Assembly (NCBI GenBank): GCA_951406725.2
Contig: OX597826.1
Span: forward strand, 68,634,001 to 68,698,000
Reading direction: 5' to 3'
Length of the DNA stretch: 64,000 nucleotides
Source: Octopus vulgaris
Taxonomy: Eukaryota
Under the pieces are notes generated by a model. That model made no database searches. It had not been told where the DNA came from and saw only the letters and a list, made by a program, of their open reading frames with translations. A program made the translations under genes and the position numbers. Shown here in pieces: positions 26,102 to 39,997 of the stretch; position 1 is the stretch's first letter; the number at the start of each line of letters is the position of its first letter.

Positions 26102-26540
26102 AATCGAGGGATTGGAGCGCGTATAATCCAAGTTACATATGTGGCCTGAGTTAATTCAAGAATCCTTAACGACAATGTAATTTTCATGTAATTAAGGAAT
26201 CTGAGGTCTGATGAGTAGGTACCTGAATAACCTCTCACTGAGTAATTACTACATCCACTAATTAAGTAACATGTAGCTTGCATTTTACCTGCTTCACTCA
26301 CTTATTTTGGATTTCATTTTACATTCGTTGCTAATCGTGAGATGTAATCAATTTTTTTCATCTTATCGAACCTTCATAATAGAAACGCCTACAATCTTTG
26401 ATGCAAGTAAGATATTATTGTACTAGAACGTTCTTTTTTATACACACCACGGTCTGTTCGAAGCTTACGGATTTCCTACACTTAGATACTTGAATCTTAA
26501 TAATCACACTCGCGTATGCGCACACACACATTATATATTA

Positions 26541-27075
26541 CGAGCAAAACGCACCCCCCCCCGTCCAATGGACGGCGCTGAATCATATCTGCTGAATAAA
26601 AAGCAATCAGTGTTTTATTTTCATTAAAATATAATTAAGCATGCCTTTATTTCAATAATTTTTTTTGATTTTGTTAAACGAAGTTAAGGCAAAAAAAAAT
26701 GAAACTTCTTGAGAGACCAAAGTTTGAAGCAAATATCTCTTTTACATCTTACGTTTGTGGTATCTTAAATATACTGCATTTTGTGGCATTATTTCAAGCC
26801 AGCCGCCTTTTTTTGCGCAAACTGCACGTGCATTTTTCTCGCGTACGCGTAGTATTGATCGCAATAGTTGATGTACTTGCGCGTACAAATGCACGTTCTC
26901 ACGGCCTTATCGATCGCATTCTCACCTGGAATCGATTTTTGTAATTTTTTCATGACTTATACACGCCCTGATACCGTCGGTATCTACATATCAAATTTGA
27001 GCGCAATCGGATGGAGGATGCCAGAGATCTTAAAAGACACACAGACAGACAGAACGGATTTTATATAATATATAT
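26541..27075 (-). mobile_element. Non-autonomous Helitron-like element
   Basis: 5' end ..TATATAAAATCCGTTCTGTCTGTC; 3' hairpin CCGTCCATTGGACGG followed by CTCG|T (CTAG-like terminus). Confidence 0.6.
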
Positions 27076-27602
27076 ATTACATATTGATTGTCAAAGGTTT
27101 TAACGCAAATATTTCAAACATTTAGAACACTACTTAAGCATACTAAACTAGGTACTGAATTTTGACGGGTAGCTTTACAAGATAGTGTTAAAGATTATAT
27201 TTTTACATGATTTAATTTAAGAGATTAGCTTGTTTCCCAAACTGTTCAATGCTTCTTGTAAATTATTACTGTCACAATCAAAACACCGGTTAGTTATTTC
27301 TGTCACTATCATAAATAGCAGTTAGCTCCATGCAGAATTGTATCGATGTCCAGTTTCCTAAACCGAGGCGCCGAATCTTTATAAGATTTGATGACGTTCA
27401 CCACGGAACGTCAGAGATTGCATACAATATGTCGATTCCATTAGCTCAGCTGCCTGGAAAGAAGCGCTTTAATTGTGCAAATGTGTCTCTAGCAGTACGT
27501 AGGAGACGATATGTATATGAATGCAAGAGTGTGTTGTGTCTGGAGAATTTTCTGCTTGTGTAAACGAGTGTGTGAAAGGCTGATTATGCGTGTATATATT
27601 GG

Positions 27603-27656
<54 letters not shown>

Positions 27657-27730
27657 TGTTTGTGTGTATGTGTGTATGCATCTATATATGTGTATGTATA
27701 TATCTCTATCTATCTATCTATCTATTTATG

Positions 27731-27783
<53 letters not shown>

Positions 27784-27845
27784 GTCTGTCTGTCTGTCTG
27801 TATGTCTGTCTCCTTCTCAGTCTGTCTGTATGTATGTAGAATATG

Positions 27846-27883
<38 letters not shown>

Positions 27884-28309
27884 TAAATAGATAGACAGAT
27901 AGATAGATATACATACATACACACAGATTCATATATATATATATATATATATATTCATTTTATATGTGGTTGGTTTCGAAGCGACTGAGACACAAAAGGA
28001 ATGGTAAAATAGAATTAGGAGAAAAAATATAAGAGGTGATAGAGGTGAGAGTAGAGACAAGACTGTAGGAGACACATATACGTACGTACTAACGCATACA
28101 CTCACGCACGCATACAAACACACACACACATGCACTATGAAAACACCACGAACTCGTCTATCGTTCGACGACGTATGACGATTCGTCAAATTCTTGCCGA
28201 CAACCAGACACATGATTTATTTAAAGACACCAAATGGCGGTGTACACATAAGCTCACTCCTTCCATCAAATCGACATTATTCGTACAGGTGCACCGTGTA
28301 CTGGATTGT

Positions 28310-28447
28310 CAAATGACAAAATGATCGCATAGCATCGTGAAATGAAGTGTTTTGCTCAAGAACACAATGCAATACCAGCTCTGGGAATCGAACCCGCAAT
28401 CTCGCAATCGTAAGTGAACCACCCTAACAACTAAACCTTGCACCTTC
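28310..28447 (-). mobile_element. SINE family D fragment
   Basis: GAAGTGTTTTGCTCAAGAACACAATG..GGAATCGAACCC..CTAACAACTAA. Confidence 0.8.
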
Positions 28448-28547
28448 ACATAACTACATAAATATATAGAAAGATACATACAAGCATACATACATACATA
28501 CGTATATATATATATATATATGTGTGTGTATGTGTGTGTGTGTGTGC

Positions 28548-28579
<32 letters not shown>

Positions 28580-28691
28580 TTATACACACACACACACAGA
28601 TACAAATACACATATGCATTTGTGTGTATGTGAGTGGGGGAAATGCGTATAAACATGATTTATGTTTTATATGCATATATATATATACATA

Positions 28692-28794
<103 letters not shown>

Positions 28795-29342
28795 GAAGTT
28801 GTATGAGTTTATCCTTGTTCTCTTTAGGCTGACACACACAAACACACACACACGCGCAAATGCACACTCACACATACGCTTGCGAGTGTTTATATATGCG
28901 TAAGGTATGTATGTATGTATAACCAAGAATAATTCTGTGTATAAGATTATATTTACAAACACACATACATTCTTCAGTATGAATGTGTGTTCACGTACGA
29001 ATATGTTGGAGATTCCGTATTTCAAAGTATGTTTCATTTAAAAAAGGGGCTCAAAATGTATGAGGGAGAGGGATTGAAAAAGGGGGAGAGAGAATGAGGG
29101 AGAGAGAGAGAGGCAGAGGCAGAGACAGAGAGAGACTACACATACAGAAAGAGAAAGAGAGAGAGAGAGAGGCGGTGAGAGAAAGACAGAAAGCGTGGTA
29201 GAAAGACAAACAACATGAAGGAAGGACAGGAAGATAGTGAAATCGATTAAGACAGAGAGAAAAAATAAAGACAGGAGTGAAACCAGAAGGAGTAGGTTCG
29301 AGGTTGAAGTGTTGGAAAATACAGAAAGAGAGTAACTAAATG

Positions 29343-29351
29343 AAAGAGAGG

Positions 29352-29382
<31 letters not shown>

Positions 29383-29530
29383 GAAGAGGGAGAAGAGGAT
29401 AGAGGAAGGGATAGAGTAAGGGAGAAAGACAGAGAGAGAGAGAGAAAGAAGAGGCCAGGGAGAAAGAGAGGAAGAGAGAGAGAGAGAGAAAGAGAAAGAG
29501 AGAAAGAAGAGGCCAGGGAGAAAGAGAGGA

Positions 29531-29561
<31 letters not shown>

Positions 29562-29698
29562 AAGAAGAGGCCAGGGAGAAAGAGAGGAAGAGAGAGAGAC
29601 AGAGGGAGCGAGAGGGAGAAGAGGATAGAGGAAGGGATAGAGTAAGGGAGAAAGACAGAGAGAGAGAGAGAAAGAAGAGGCCAGGGAGAAAGAGTGGA

Positions 29699-29729
<31 letters not shown>

Positions 29730-29748
29730 AAGAAGAGGCCAGGGAGAA

Positions 29749-29780
<32 letters not shown>

Positions 29781-30210
29781 GGAGAAGAGGATAGAGGAAG
29801 GGATAGAGTAAGGGAGAAAGACAGAGAGAGAGAGAAAGAAGAGGCCAGGGAGAAAGAGAGGAAGAGAGAGAGAGAGAGAAAGAGGGAGAGAGAAAGAAGA
29901 GGCCAGGGAGAAAGAGAGGAAGAGAGAGAGACAGAGGGAGCGAGAGGGAGAAGAGGATAGAGGAAGGGATAGAGTAAGGGAGAAAGACAGAGAGAGAGAG
30001 AAAGAAGAGGCCAGGGAGAAAGAGAGGAAGAGAGAGAGAGAGAGAAAGATAGAGAGAGAAAGAGGGAGAGAGAAAGAAGAGGCCAGGGAGAAAGAGAGGA
30101 AGAGAGAGAGAGAGAGAGCGAGAGGGAGAAGAGGATAGAGGAAGGGATAGAGTAAGGGAGAAAGACAGAGAGAGAGAGAGAGAAAGAAGAGGCCAGGGAG
30201 AAAGAGAGGA

Positions 30211-30241
<31 letters not shown>

Positions 30242-30380
30242 AGAGGATAAAGGAAGAGATAGAGTAAGGGAGAAAGACAGAGAGAGAGAGAAAGAAAAGG
30301 CCAGGGAGAAAGAGAGGAAGAGAGAGAGAGAGAAAGAGAGAGAGAAGAGGATAGAGGAAGAGATAGAGTAAGGGAGAAAG

Positions 30381-30416
<36 letters not shown>

Positions 30417-30430
30417 CCAGGGAGAAAAAG
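29343..30430. repeat. Polypurine composite minisatellite with higher-order structure
   Basis: 12 copies of AAAGAAGAGGCCAGGGAGAAAG.. and 7 copies of GAGGATAGAGGAAGGGATAGAGTAAGGGAGAAAGAC.., separated by (AG)n. Confidence 0.95.
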
Positions 30431-30665
30431 GTAAGCAAGATGAAAGAGAAAGGGGTCAGATGATGAAATTGAAAGAGAAGTTTTTGCGCATGTGCGCGGG
30501 TGTAAACGAGCGTATATATATGTGTGTGTGCGTAAGTGTGTTTTTGATGAACATCTAACATCCAAATGTATAATTAATCAGGACACACGCACCAATAATA
30601 TAACGACAGTTGAACAAATAAGAAAATGGAGAAAAGTCAAAATAACAACAACAACAACAATAACA

Positions 30666-30717
<52 letters not shown>

Positions 30718-31704
30718 GAAACAATAATAACAACAACAAGATTACTAACAATAACAAGAAGAAAAGTAATATATTTTTAATAAAAAAATTATATTGGAGA
30801 GGCAGAAACAAATCCGATAGTGTTAAACAGAAACGAACTTGCATAAAATATGAAGTGTATAATCATGTATGTATGTATGTACATATATATATATACATAT
30901 ATGTGTGCATATAAAATGGCACCATGCTTGCGAGTATGTAGGCGTATATATGTATATTTATATGTATATATATATATATGTGTGTGTGTATATTCATATA
31001 TATATACGTGCATAGTCACATATATAGGAATATAGATATATGTATACACACACACGTATATATATATTTATGATGATGATGATGATGATGATGATGATGC
31101 TATTTTACAATCGGGCAAATTTATATTATTTGCTCTCAACCAATAGATATATGTATACACATACACACATACATATATTTATATATATATATATATATAT
31201 ATAAATATATGTATACGTGTGTACGTGTGTGTGTGTATGTATTTGTATATGCATATGTACATACGAAGAAACATGCATATATATATGTGCATGTGTGTAT
31301 GCCATATATGTGTGTGTGTGTTCGTGTATTTATGTATGTATCTGTATATATATGTATATATATATATGTATGCAATGGAAAGTTACACTACCTTAACCAA
31401 CACCAGCAGCAACAACAACAACGATATTAACTGCAACAACAACATGAACAAGAGCGACAACAAAAGATGTAACGATTACGATGAGAACTAGATCGCATTG
31501 AACCACTACTGCAATAGCAACGTCAATAAAGGCGGTCAGGAGATCGAAACCAATTGGGCATTGCAGCGACGACATGGCTTCGGTGGATGCTGGCTTCAGC
31601 AAGAATCAATTTCATTCCGGCCTTTAATACATCATCACCGAACATGATCGTCATCATCTGGGCCAATATCATAATGCACAGTTGCTCCTCCGGACGGCGC
31701 AGAT

Positions 31705-31899
31705 GGCTTTGACGATGACGATGACGATGATAATGATTGTGATGGGGACGGTATGAAGATGAAGACGATGATGATGATGATAATGATGCGATGATGATTA
31801 TGACGACGATAAATATCCCCGAGGACGACGATGTCGTTGATGATGATGATGATGATGATGATGTTGATGATGAGGATGATGATGAGGATGATGATGATA

Positions 31900-31933
<34 letters not shown>

Positions 31934-32002
31934 TGATTATGATGATGATGATGATGATGTTGATGATGATGATGATGACGTTGATGATGATGATGATGAT
32001 GT

Positions 32003-32072
<70 letters not shown>

Positions 32073-32458
32073 AATGGTGATGATGGTGGTGACGATGATG
32101 ATGACGATGATGATGATGATGATGAGGACGATGATGACGATGATGATGATGATGATGATGACGATGATGATGATGACGATGTTGATGATGATGACGATGA
32201 TGATGATGATGTTGATGATGAAGTTGATGTATCGTCGTCCATCATCGTCTTCATCGTCATCATCATCATCATCATCATCAGTTATATTCATTGCCACAAA
32301 TATTTGACTTTCGCCTCTACCTTTACCTTCATTCTATCGCGAAAATAATCCAGGCATTCAGACGTGCTAAAGTTATCGTCGTCGTCGTTGTCGTCTTTAT
32401 TAACTTTATCACTATCTCCGCTACTACTTCCATCTTCATCATCATCATCATCATTATT

Positions 32459-32508
<50 letters not shown>

Positions 32509-32631
32509 TATCATCGTCATCGTCATCATCATCTTCAACATCATCATCATCAACATCATCATCATCATCATCATCATCATCGTCATCGTCATCACCATCA
32601 TCATCATCATCATCACCATCATCATCATCAA

Positions 32632-32675
<44 letters not shown>

Positions 32676-32754
32676 GCATCGTCATCATCATCATTATCAT
32701 CATCATCATCATCAGCATCGTCATCATCATCATTATCATCATCATCATTATAAT

Positions 32755-32809
<55 letters not shown>

Positions 32810-32825
32810 GTCGTCATCATCGTCG

Positions 32826-32860
<35 letters not shown>

Positions 32861-32875
32861 TTCATTTTCATCATA
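31705..32875. repeat. (GAT)n tract followed by complementary (ATC)n tracts
   Basis: GAT/GAC at ~31705-32230; ATC/GTC at ~32232-32281 and ~32370-32875. Confidence 0.95.
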
Positions 32876-33079
32876 TGCAGAGAGAGAGAGAGAGAGAAAG
32901 AGAGCCCTCCAGGTCCACGACAACTGCGCAACAAAATTTTGGTCCTCACTAATAAATATTATAATTTTCATCATGCACGTATATACAAACAAGAATGCTC
33001 ATATGCATATATGTATGTATACATGTATGCGTGCATATATGTATGTTGTATGTATATATATATATATATATATACATAC

Positions 33080-33099
<20 letters not shown>

Positions 33100-33111
<12 letters not shown>

Positions 33112-33133
33112 GCATATATATATGTATACGTAA

Positions 33134-33164
<31 letters not shown>

Positions 33165-33182
33165 ATATATATGTACACACAT

Positions 33183-33213
<31 letters not shown>

Positions 33214-33277
33214 CACACACGAATGTACATATGTACACATATATGCACACGAACATGCACACGTGTGTATTTATGAA

Positions 33278-33329
<52 letters not shown>

Positions 33330-33431
33330 TACATATTTGTGTGTCTCTGTAGTTGTTAATATATATGTACCTGTCTTCATAAATACACACGTGTGCATGT
33401 TCGTGTGCATATATGTGTACATATGTACATT

Positions 33432-33476
<45 letters not shown>

Positions 33477-33543
33477 ATGTGTGTACATATATATATACAT
33501 TTATATAAATATATATATATATATATTTACATATACATATATA

Positions 33544-33560
<17 letters not shown>
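33100..33560. repeat. ~175-bp-arm inverted duplication within TA-rich sequence
   Basis: GTACACATATATGCACACGAACATGCACACGTGTGTATTTATGAAG (ends 33278) is mirrored by CTTCATAAATACACACGTGTGCATGTTCGTGTGCATATATGTGTAC (starts 33375). Confidence 0.9.
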
Positions 33561-33583
<23 letters not shown>

Positions 33584-34169
33584 TATATATACATAGATAT
33601 ATTTGGATATACATATATAGATATGTATGTATATGTATGTATATATATATATATATATGTGTGTGTGTGCATATATATATATATTCATATATGTATATAT
33701 AAATATACATATATGTATATACATGTATGTATGTATGTATATAAAATCATTTTATATAAGCATGTATGCATGTATAGGAATTCCTGTGGCTTCTCTGGTG
33801 TAGAATTACGTTTTTAACTTGCAACATTTAATTACTGGAATTCGTATGAAATTTTCAAAAGAATTTTGATAAATGCCTCTTGGTGACGTGTGATTCGGCT
33901 GTCTGTTCTGCTATTCACAGTAACGATGACAGAGGAATCGAAAGAAAGAAAGAAAAAAATGGAAAGATGAAAATGAAAACAAAAAAAAAACGAAAGAAAA
34001 TGAGATTATAAAAATATTTATATAAATACCAGTAGTAATAATAATAATAATAATAATGATAATCTTAATGAGAAGTTCTCCAGCAAAAATTATAGCATTA
34101 ATACATTTTAATAATAACGATGATGTCGATAATGATTTAATTGATCCTGATAGTTAATAGAATTTGTAA

Positions 34170-34203
34170 CAATAATAGTAATATTAATAATAATAGTGAT
34201 GAC

Positions 34204-34270
<67 letters not shown>

Positions 34271-34390
34271 TTAATAGTAATAATAATAATAATGACAATA
34301 AAAATAATAATAATCATAGTAATAATAATAGTAATAATAATATTAATAATAATAATAATAATAATAATAATGACAATAATAATGATGATG

Positions 34391-34434
<44 letters not shown>

Positions 34435-34435
34435 C

Positions 34436-34514
<79 letters not shown>

Positions 34515-34565
34515 TAATAATAATAATAATGATAATAATAATAATAATGATAAATAATAATAATA
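34170..34565. repeat. (AAT)n microsatellite
   Basis: Direct reading. Confidence 0.97.
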
Positions 34566-34842
34566 AACAATGGTAACACTAACAGCATTGATGGTATTAA
34601 CGCCAATAATAACAATTTTACTAACTTCATTAGTTTTATCATCATTAATTTTTTCTTTCGGTTTTCATATTTTTAATTTGATTCATCATTATTATTATTA
34701 GTATTTCTTCATAACTCCCAGTGGATTATTCTCCAGAGGACACCATGTCGTTTCTTGTATTCTTTCTGCGTCAGCATGTGACATTCACTGACTGTATGAG
34801 CAACACTTTCCCCCTCCTGCTTAACGTAACATCCAAACCAGA

Positions 34843-34950
34843 AGTACGCATAACCTAGTGGTCAGGCTGTTGCACTCGAGAACGCCAGATAGTGGTTTCA
34901 ATTCCTAGACACGTGCTGCATTCTGTTCTTGAGCAAAACACTTCATCCCA
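34843..34950 (+). mobile_element. SINE family D head fragment
   Basis: CCTAGTGGTCAGG..GGTTTCAATTCC..TGTTCTTGAGCAAAACACTTCA. Confidence 0.7.
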
Positions 34951-34958
34951 CAATGGTC

Positions 34959-35029
<71 letters not shown>

Positions 35030-35104
35030 ACAGCAGCAGCAGAAGCAGTAGTAATGATTTCTATGAAATGCTCTACATAATTTTCTTTGAAAAATAATCG
35101 TTTA

Positions 35105-35410
35105 TCTTTTACTGGTTCTACTCATTAGACTGCAACCAAGCTGGAGCACCGCCTTAAATTTCTAGTCGAATGGATCGACACACAATACTTATTGTTATAA
35201 CCTGGTACTTATTCTATCGGTCTGTTTTGCCGAAACGATAAGTTATGGGAACGTAAACACACCAACAGCATTTGTCCAGTGGTAACGGGGGACAAACAAA
35301 GACACAGACAGACACACACAAATATATATATATATATATATACGGCCAGATTCTTTCTGTTTCCGTCTACCAAATACCCTTACAAGTTTTGGTCGGCCCG
35401 AAGCTATAGT
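35105..35410 (-). mobile_element. SINE family B, 3' part
   Basis: GCTGGAGCACCGCC..GTACTTATTCTATCGGTC..TTTCCGTCTACCAAAT. Confidence 0.85.
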
Positions 35411-35869
35411 AATGTTGACGAAAGATATATTAACTGACCATTTGTACTCCTGTTTTTTCTGCCCTTCCACCCAAATCAATACCAGCAGGATTTGAACACA
35501 GAAAGGAAAACATTTCCAGAGACTTTTAAACCGGCAACGCAAATGAATGACGCGAATAGCTCAAGGCATTTCGTTTAGCTATCTTCAGATTCTGCCAGTA
35601 ATAATCATAATAAGACAGAGAGATCAAAAACAGAGCGCCTGCTCAACAATCTTAATCAAAGATAGAAATTAAAGCTGTGTATTTTTCTAGAGTCCGAAGT
35701 TGTCTCTTAAGAGCAAAACATCGACCGGAAGGAAGTTTCATGACGTTCAATTTAGGTGGAGCGCGAAATGGAAATACGCACATTATGAAGTATTAAAACA
35801 GACATACAACATATATAAACATGGCCACACACTTCTACGTACGCAAGTCTGCAAGTGTGCAGATAAGAG

Positions 35870-35913
<44 letters not shown>

Positions 35914-36017
35914 CGTGTGTGTGTGTGTATGTATATGTGTATATGTATATATGTATGTATGAGATGGTACGTATCTCTATGTATGTATGAAATTTTTACA
36001 TTTAATTTATGTATATA

Positions 36018-36086
<69 letters not shown>

Positions 36087-36523
36087 GTGTGTGTGTGTGT
36101 GTGTGTGTGTACATATACAGATATATATGCATAAAATTTCATATCGATGCATATGAGCGTTTATATTCGGTTAGCCATAAAATTCCCTGCACTAAGCCAT
36201 AAACGTGGCACTGTAATTAATGTCCGGTTGTCAATCTTCTCCCATTATGCAAATCATTTTATTCCTAGGTACAATATTGTTTACATTTTAATAAGTAGCT
36301 TCCAGCTACTGGCATCCGTAGTCTGTGAAAGAATAGTAGGCGAATCTTGAGGACCTGGCAAATTGCAATGAAACCAGTGTGCATTCTTCATCCCCTTCAC
36401 GCAAAAATTTAATACAAGAAAAAGTAATTACCCATAAATATATATCAGTACAATTGTAATTTGTAGTTTTTATACTCACATATATATATACTTATATATG
36501 TGTATGTATGCGTATACATCTAA

Positions 36524-36562
<39 letters not shown>

Positions 36563-37033
36563 GGCGCAGGAGTGGCTGTGTGGTAAGTAGAGCCTGGTTT
36601 CAACTGCAAAATTCCCTAGGAATGGCTGTGTGGTAAGTAGCTTGCTTACCAACCACATGATTCCGGGTTCAGTCCCACTGCGTGGCATCTTGGGCAAGTG
36701 TCTTCTGCTATTGCCCCGGGCCGACAAATGCCTTGTGAGTGGATTTCGTAGACGGAACCTGAAAGAAGCCTGTCGTATATATGTGTATATATATATATAC
36801 ATGTGTGTGTGTGTTTGTGTGTCTGTGTTTGTCCCCCTAGCATTGCTTGACAACCGATGCTGGTGTGTTTACGTCCCCGTCACTTAGCGGTTCGGCAAAA
36901 GAGACCGATAGAATAAGTACTGGGCTTACAAAGAATAAGTCCCGGGGTGGTCGATTTGCCCGACTGAAGGCGGTGCTCCAGCATGGCCGCAGTCAAATGA
37001 CTGAAACAAGTAAAAGAGTAAAAGAGTAAAAGA
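36563..37033 (+). mobile_element. SINE family B, full length, with a small insertion in its head
   Basis: GGCGCAGGAGTGGCTGTGTGGTAAG..CTTGGGCAAGTGTCTTC (CORE-like)..GGCGGTGCTCCAGCATGGCCGCAGTCAAATGACTGAAACAAG(TAAAAGAG)n. Confidence 0.95.
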
Positions 37034-37279
37034 TATATATATATCTTTCAGATTTGGTTATGGGAAACGTTTTGAATATGTAAATAAAATTCTTATTCCA
37101 TTATACCGCTAACCGTCTTATGATGCTAGCTAGTGAGACAGTTTTTTGGGGGTTGCATCAAGTTTTACCGATATAATATAGGATAAATTATCCTACAATG
37201 GAATTACAATTCCGTAAATGAGGAAACCACAGGGCTGCAGAAGTCAAGAAAATTCTCAAACAACTACTTTTCGTTAAAC

Positions 37280-37860
37280 CAGGGGTGTAGCTAGAAGTCG
37301 ATGCCTGCTGCCCCATGTGACTTTCCAGCAGTCAGGTTTTGGCCAAAGACTCCGGCGTCTCCACATTAATATTTGAATTGAGTTGCAGACCCCGTTCAAA
37401 GATGTGGCGATGTATGACGTCGCCTTCACTGGAGAAACAAACAGAGACCAACACACCTTTGAACAACTTGGTTTTCATGATGCGTGGGGCATCACAAGGC
37501 TAGTAGTGAAGCCACCTCTTGTTCTGGGTGTTGTGTAATTCGTCCTAAAAGAATAATTTTTGAGAACCAGATTGCCGGTTGAACTGAATGTCTCAGCTAC
37601 TTCAGAAAACTGTTTGCCTTCGCCAATCAGTTCTCCTTGCCTTTGCACATCGCGTACGAGTTGTAGCGAAAGTCTTCCGTCCTAGAGACCTTCATGCTGG
37701 CAACTCCAAAATTCATTTCACTCGCCAAAGCTCGGATTCCCTTGCTCGGATCTTCTATCATTCCCTCAGCTTGTCCTACAATTTGTTCATGAATTTCACC
37801 GTGCTAACGCAGATAGAATGCCTGAGATGACCCTTCTTGCTAGCGACGACTTCGAAAGCA
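37280..37860 (-). mobile_element. Decayed IS630-Tc1-mariner transposase (maT/DD37D-like)
   Basis: IEDPSKGIRALASEMNFG..EDFRYNSYAMCKG/HNTQNKRWL..DAPRIMKTK..SSEGDVIHRHIFERGLQLNS matches the pattern DP..S.R.LA.E..EDLRY.SY..R.G/N.QN.RW..P.VMKTKFP..VMV..VSSEGDVMPPHFF..GLRLN. Confidence 0.8.
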
Positions 37861-38235
37861 TTGAACAGCTGACATGATGTCGGAATTTTAACACCAGGTT
37901 CGAATCGCCGATAGGGAAGATAAAATAAAATGTAATTCTTTTCCAATATTCAGATGGATTCCCTTCCTCTATATCAGCTGACTTTTGCTAAAATACAACT
38001 TTAATCCCGATGCTCTCCAACGCCATTGACTGTTTGCATATATATCACACTGATCGTAAAAAGGAAGCGTAAAATACCGTCAAATGTTGCGAGTGTACGT
38101 CTCATTGACTTTTATATTAACTTTTCGTCGCTTATTTTTTTCCGCATTTTCTTTTATTTTGCATTTGCCTATATACACGTAAATATACATATCTACACAC
38201 ACACATATGTATGTGTGTGTGTAGATATGTATATA

Positions 38236-38296
<61 letters not shown>

Positions 38297-38325
38297 CTAT
38301 ATGTCTATATATATTTATATATATA

Positions 38326-38496
38326 TTGCCACTACACATTCTTTATTTTCTCTCTTTGTTTCTTTCTGTATTCTTTTCTGTGGGAAAAGCGTAGACTCGA
38401 AACGTTAAAGACTTTTTCACTTCCCGAGCGTTATACTAATACATCAGTTTATTGTTTACACCACTTGTCTTCGTCTTTTTTTTTGTGAATTCTTCC
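38326..38496 (+). mobile_element. Short (TA)n-flanked Penelope-like element with degenerate variant-core HHR (38373-38410)
   Basis: CTTTT-CTGTGGGAAAAGCGTAGACTC-GAAAC-GTT-AAAG; flanks align with the reverse complement of 25677-25868. Confidence 0.65.
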
Positions 38497-39256
38497 TATA
38501 TATATATGCAGAGAAAGATAGATAGAGAGAGAGAGAGAGAGAGGTAGACTCATATCAAGTATACTGTCTTACACACACACACATTTGTGTGTGTGTGCAC
38601 GCGTGCTTCTGTATATATCTGTTTGTTCACGTATTTGTTTACATCTGTCTATATCCGTGTATTTCCAGTACGATGCGATTTCAACAATGACCATTGTTTT
38701 TACCGCTGTTCTATTTACCCGCCAGCTACTCAGCACATCTTTCACCAGCTCAGCAGTTAATTAAATATTTTGTTTGTTTTTTGTTTTTACTAACTAGCTA
38801 CTAACTAGTTTAACTTTGTACATGATTCGGTATTTACTATCTACTTTCGTTATTATTTTGAAAATCTCTCCTGAACCACCCTTCGCCTCTGTCATCGATT
38901 CCTATCACAGGAAAGGTCTATAGCAGGCCAAAGGAATGGCTCGCTTTAATTAATTACTAATTAAATATTGACTAATTATATTAGCAGCAGCGTCGTCCGC
39001 TCTGTATTGTTTGTCTTCCCAACACGCCCACATACTGATGCTCATACACACATATATATTCAAAGATTCCTACATATCCGCACACATTATACACATACTC
39101 CCAATCTTCTTTCACTCTATAATGCAGTCATATATGAGTGTGTCTGTGTCTGTGTCTGTGTATATACGTACATATATGCTTTCATATATGTTCACACATA
39201 CACACACACACACATATATATATATATATGTGTGTGTGTGTGCGTGTATATATATG

Positions 39257-39308
<52 letters not shown>

Positions 39309-39742
39309 AACAGAGAGAGAGAGATACATACATTCATGTATTAACATTGACGTATAGATGCATACATATACATACATTTTTGCATATAAATTCCTATATA
39401 TATGCACATATAGGTGCACGTACATGCATACAAACACTGACATATTTACAGACGCATCTACGAAAACATGTACAACCAGAGTAAACCCGGCTCTCACCCT
39501 ACCACCTATCGTCCACGTATTACGCTTCCGGGCAGTCTTCACATCCAGTAATTTTGTCAATATAACTCAATGAAATTTCATGTTTTTAGTCGAAGTCTGG
39601 AGATTGATGTCGCTGGACGTTGGTTTAAATATTCGTTTGATTTTCTTGCAATATTGAATAACATAATTATGTAGAATCCTTAATGGGAATACAAAGCGGT
39701 GACAGTTCATTGAGAATTTAACACTGTGCTTTATCTCTATGT

Positions 39743-39995
39743 GGAGTCGCGTGGCTTAGTGGTTAGGTTGTCAGCATCATGATCGTAAGATTGTGGTTTC
39801 GATTCCTGGACCGGGCGACGCGTTGTGTTCTTGAGCAAAACACTTCATTTCACGTTGCTCTAGACAACTCAGCTGGCAAAAATGAATAACGCTGCGATGG
39901 ACTGGCGTCCCGTCCAGCTGGGGAAGACGTACGCCATAGAAACAGGGAAACCGGGCCTATGAGCCTGGCTAGGCTTTAAAAGGGCGCAAATATTT
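39743..39995 (+). mobile_element. SINE family D, full length
   Basis: GCGTGGCTTAGTGGTTAGG..GGTTTCGATTCC..GCGATGGACTGGCGTCCCGTCCAG..GGCTTTAAAAGGGCGC; nearly identical to 56653-56905. Confidence 0.92.
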
Positions 39996-39997
39996 AC

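Noticed and set aside
29038-30565. 507-aa and 409-aa Ser/Leu-rich ORFs
   Set aside because: Translations of the pyrimidine strand of the polypurine minisatellite, which is stop-poor by composition.
31635-33133. Poly-Asp, poly-Met, poly-Ile and poly-Ser ORFs
   Set aside because: Several frames are open because of (GAT)n/(ATC)n; no splice or domain evidence.
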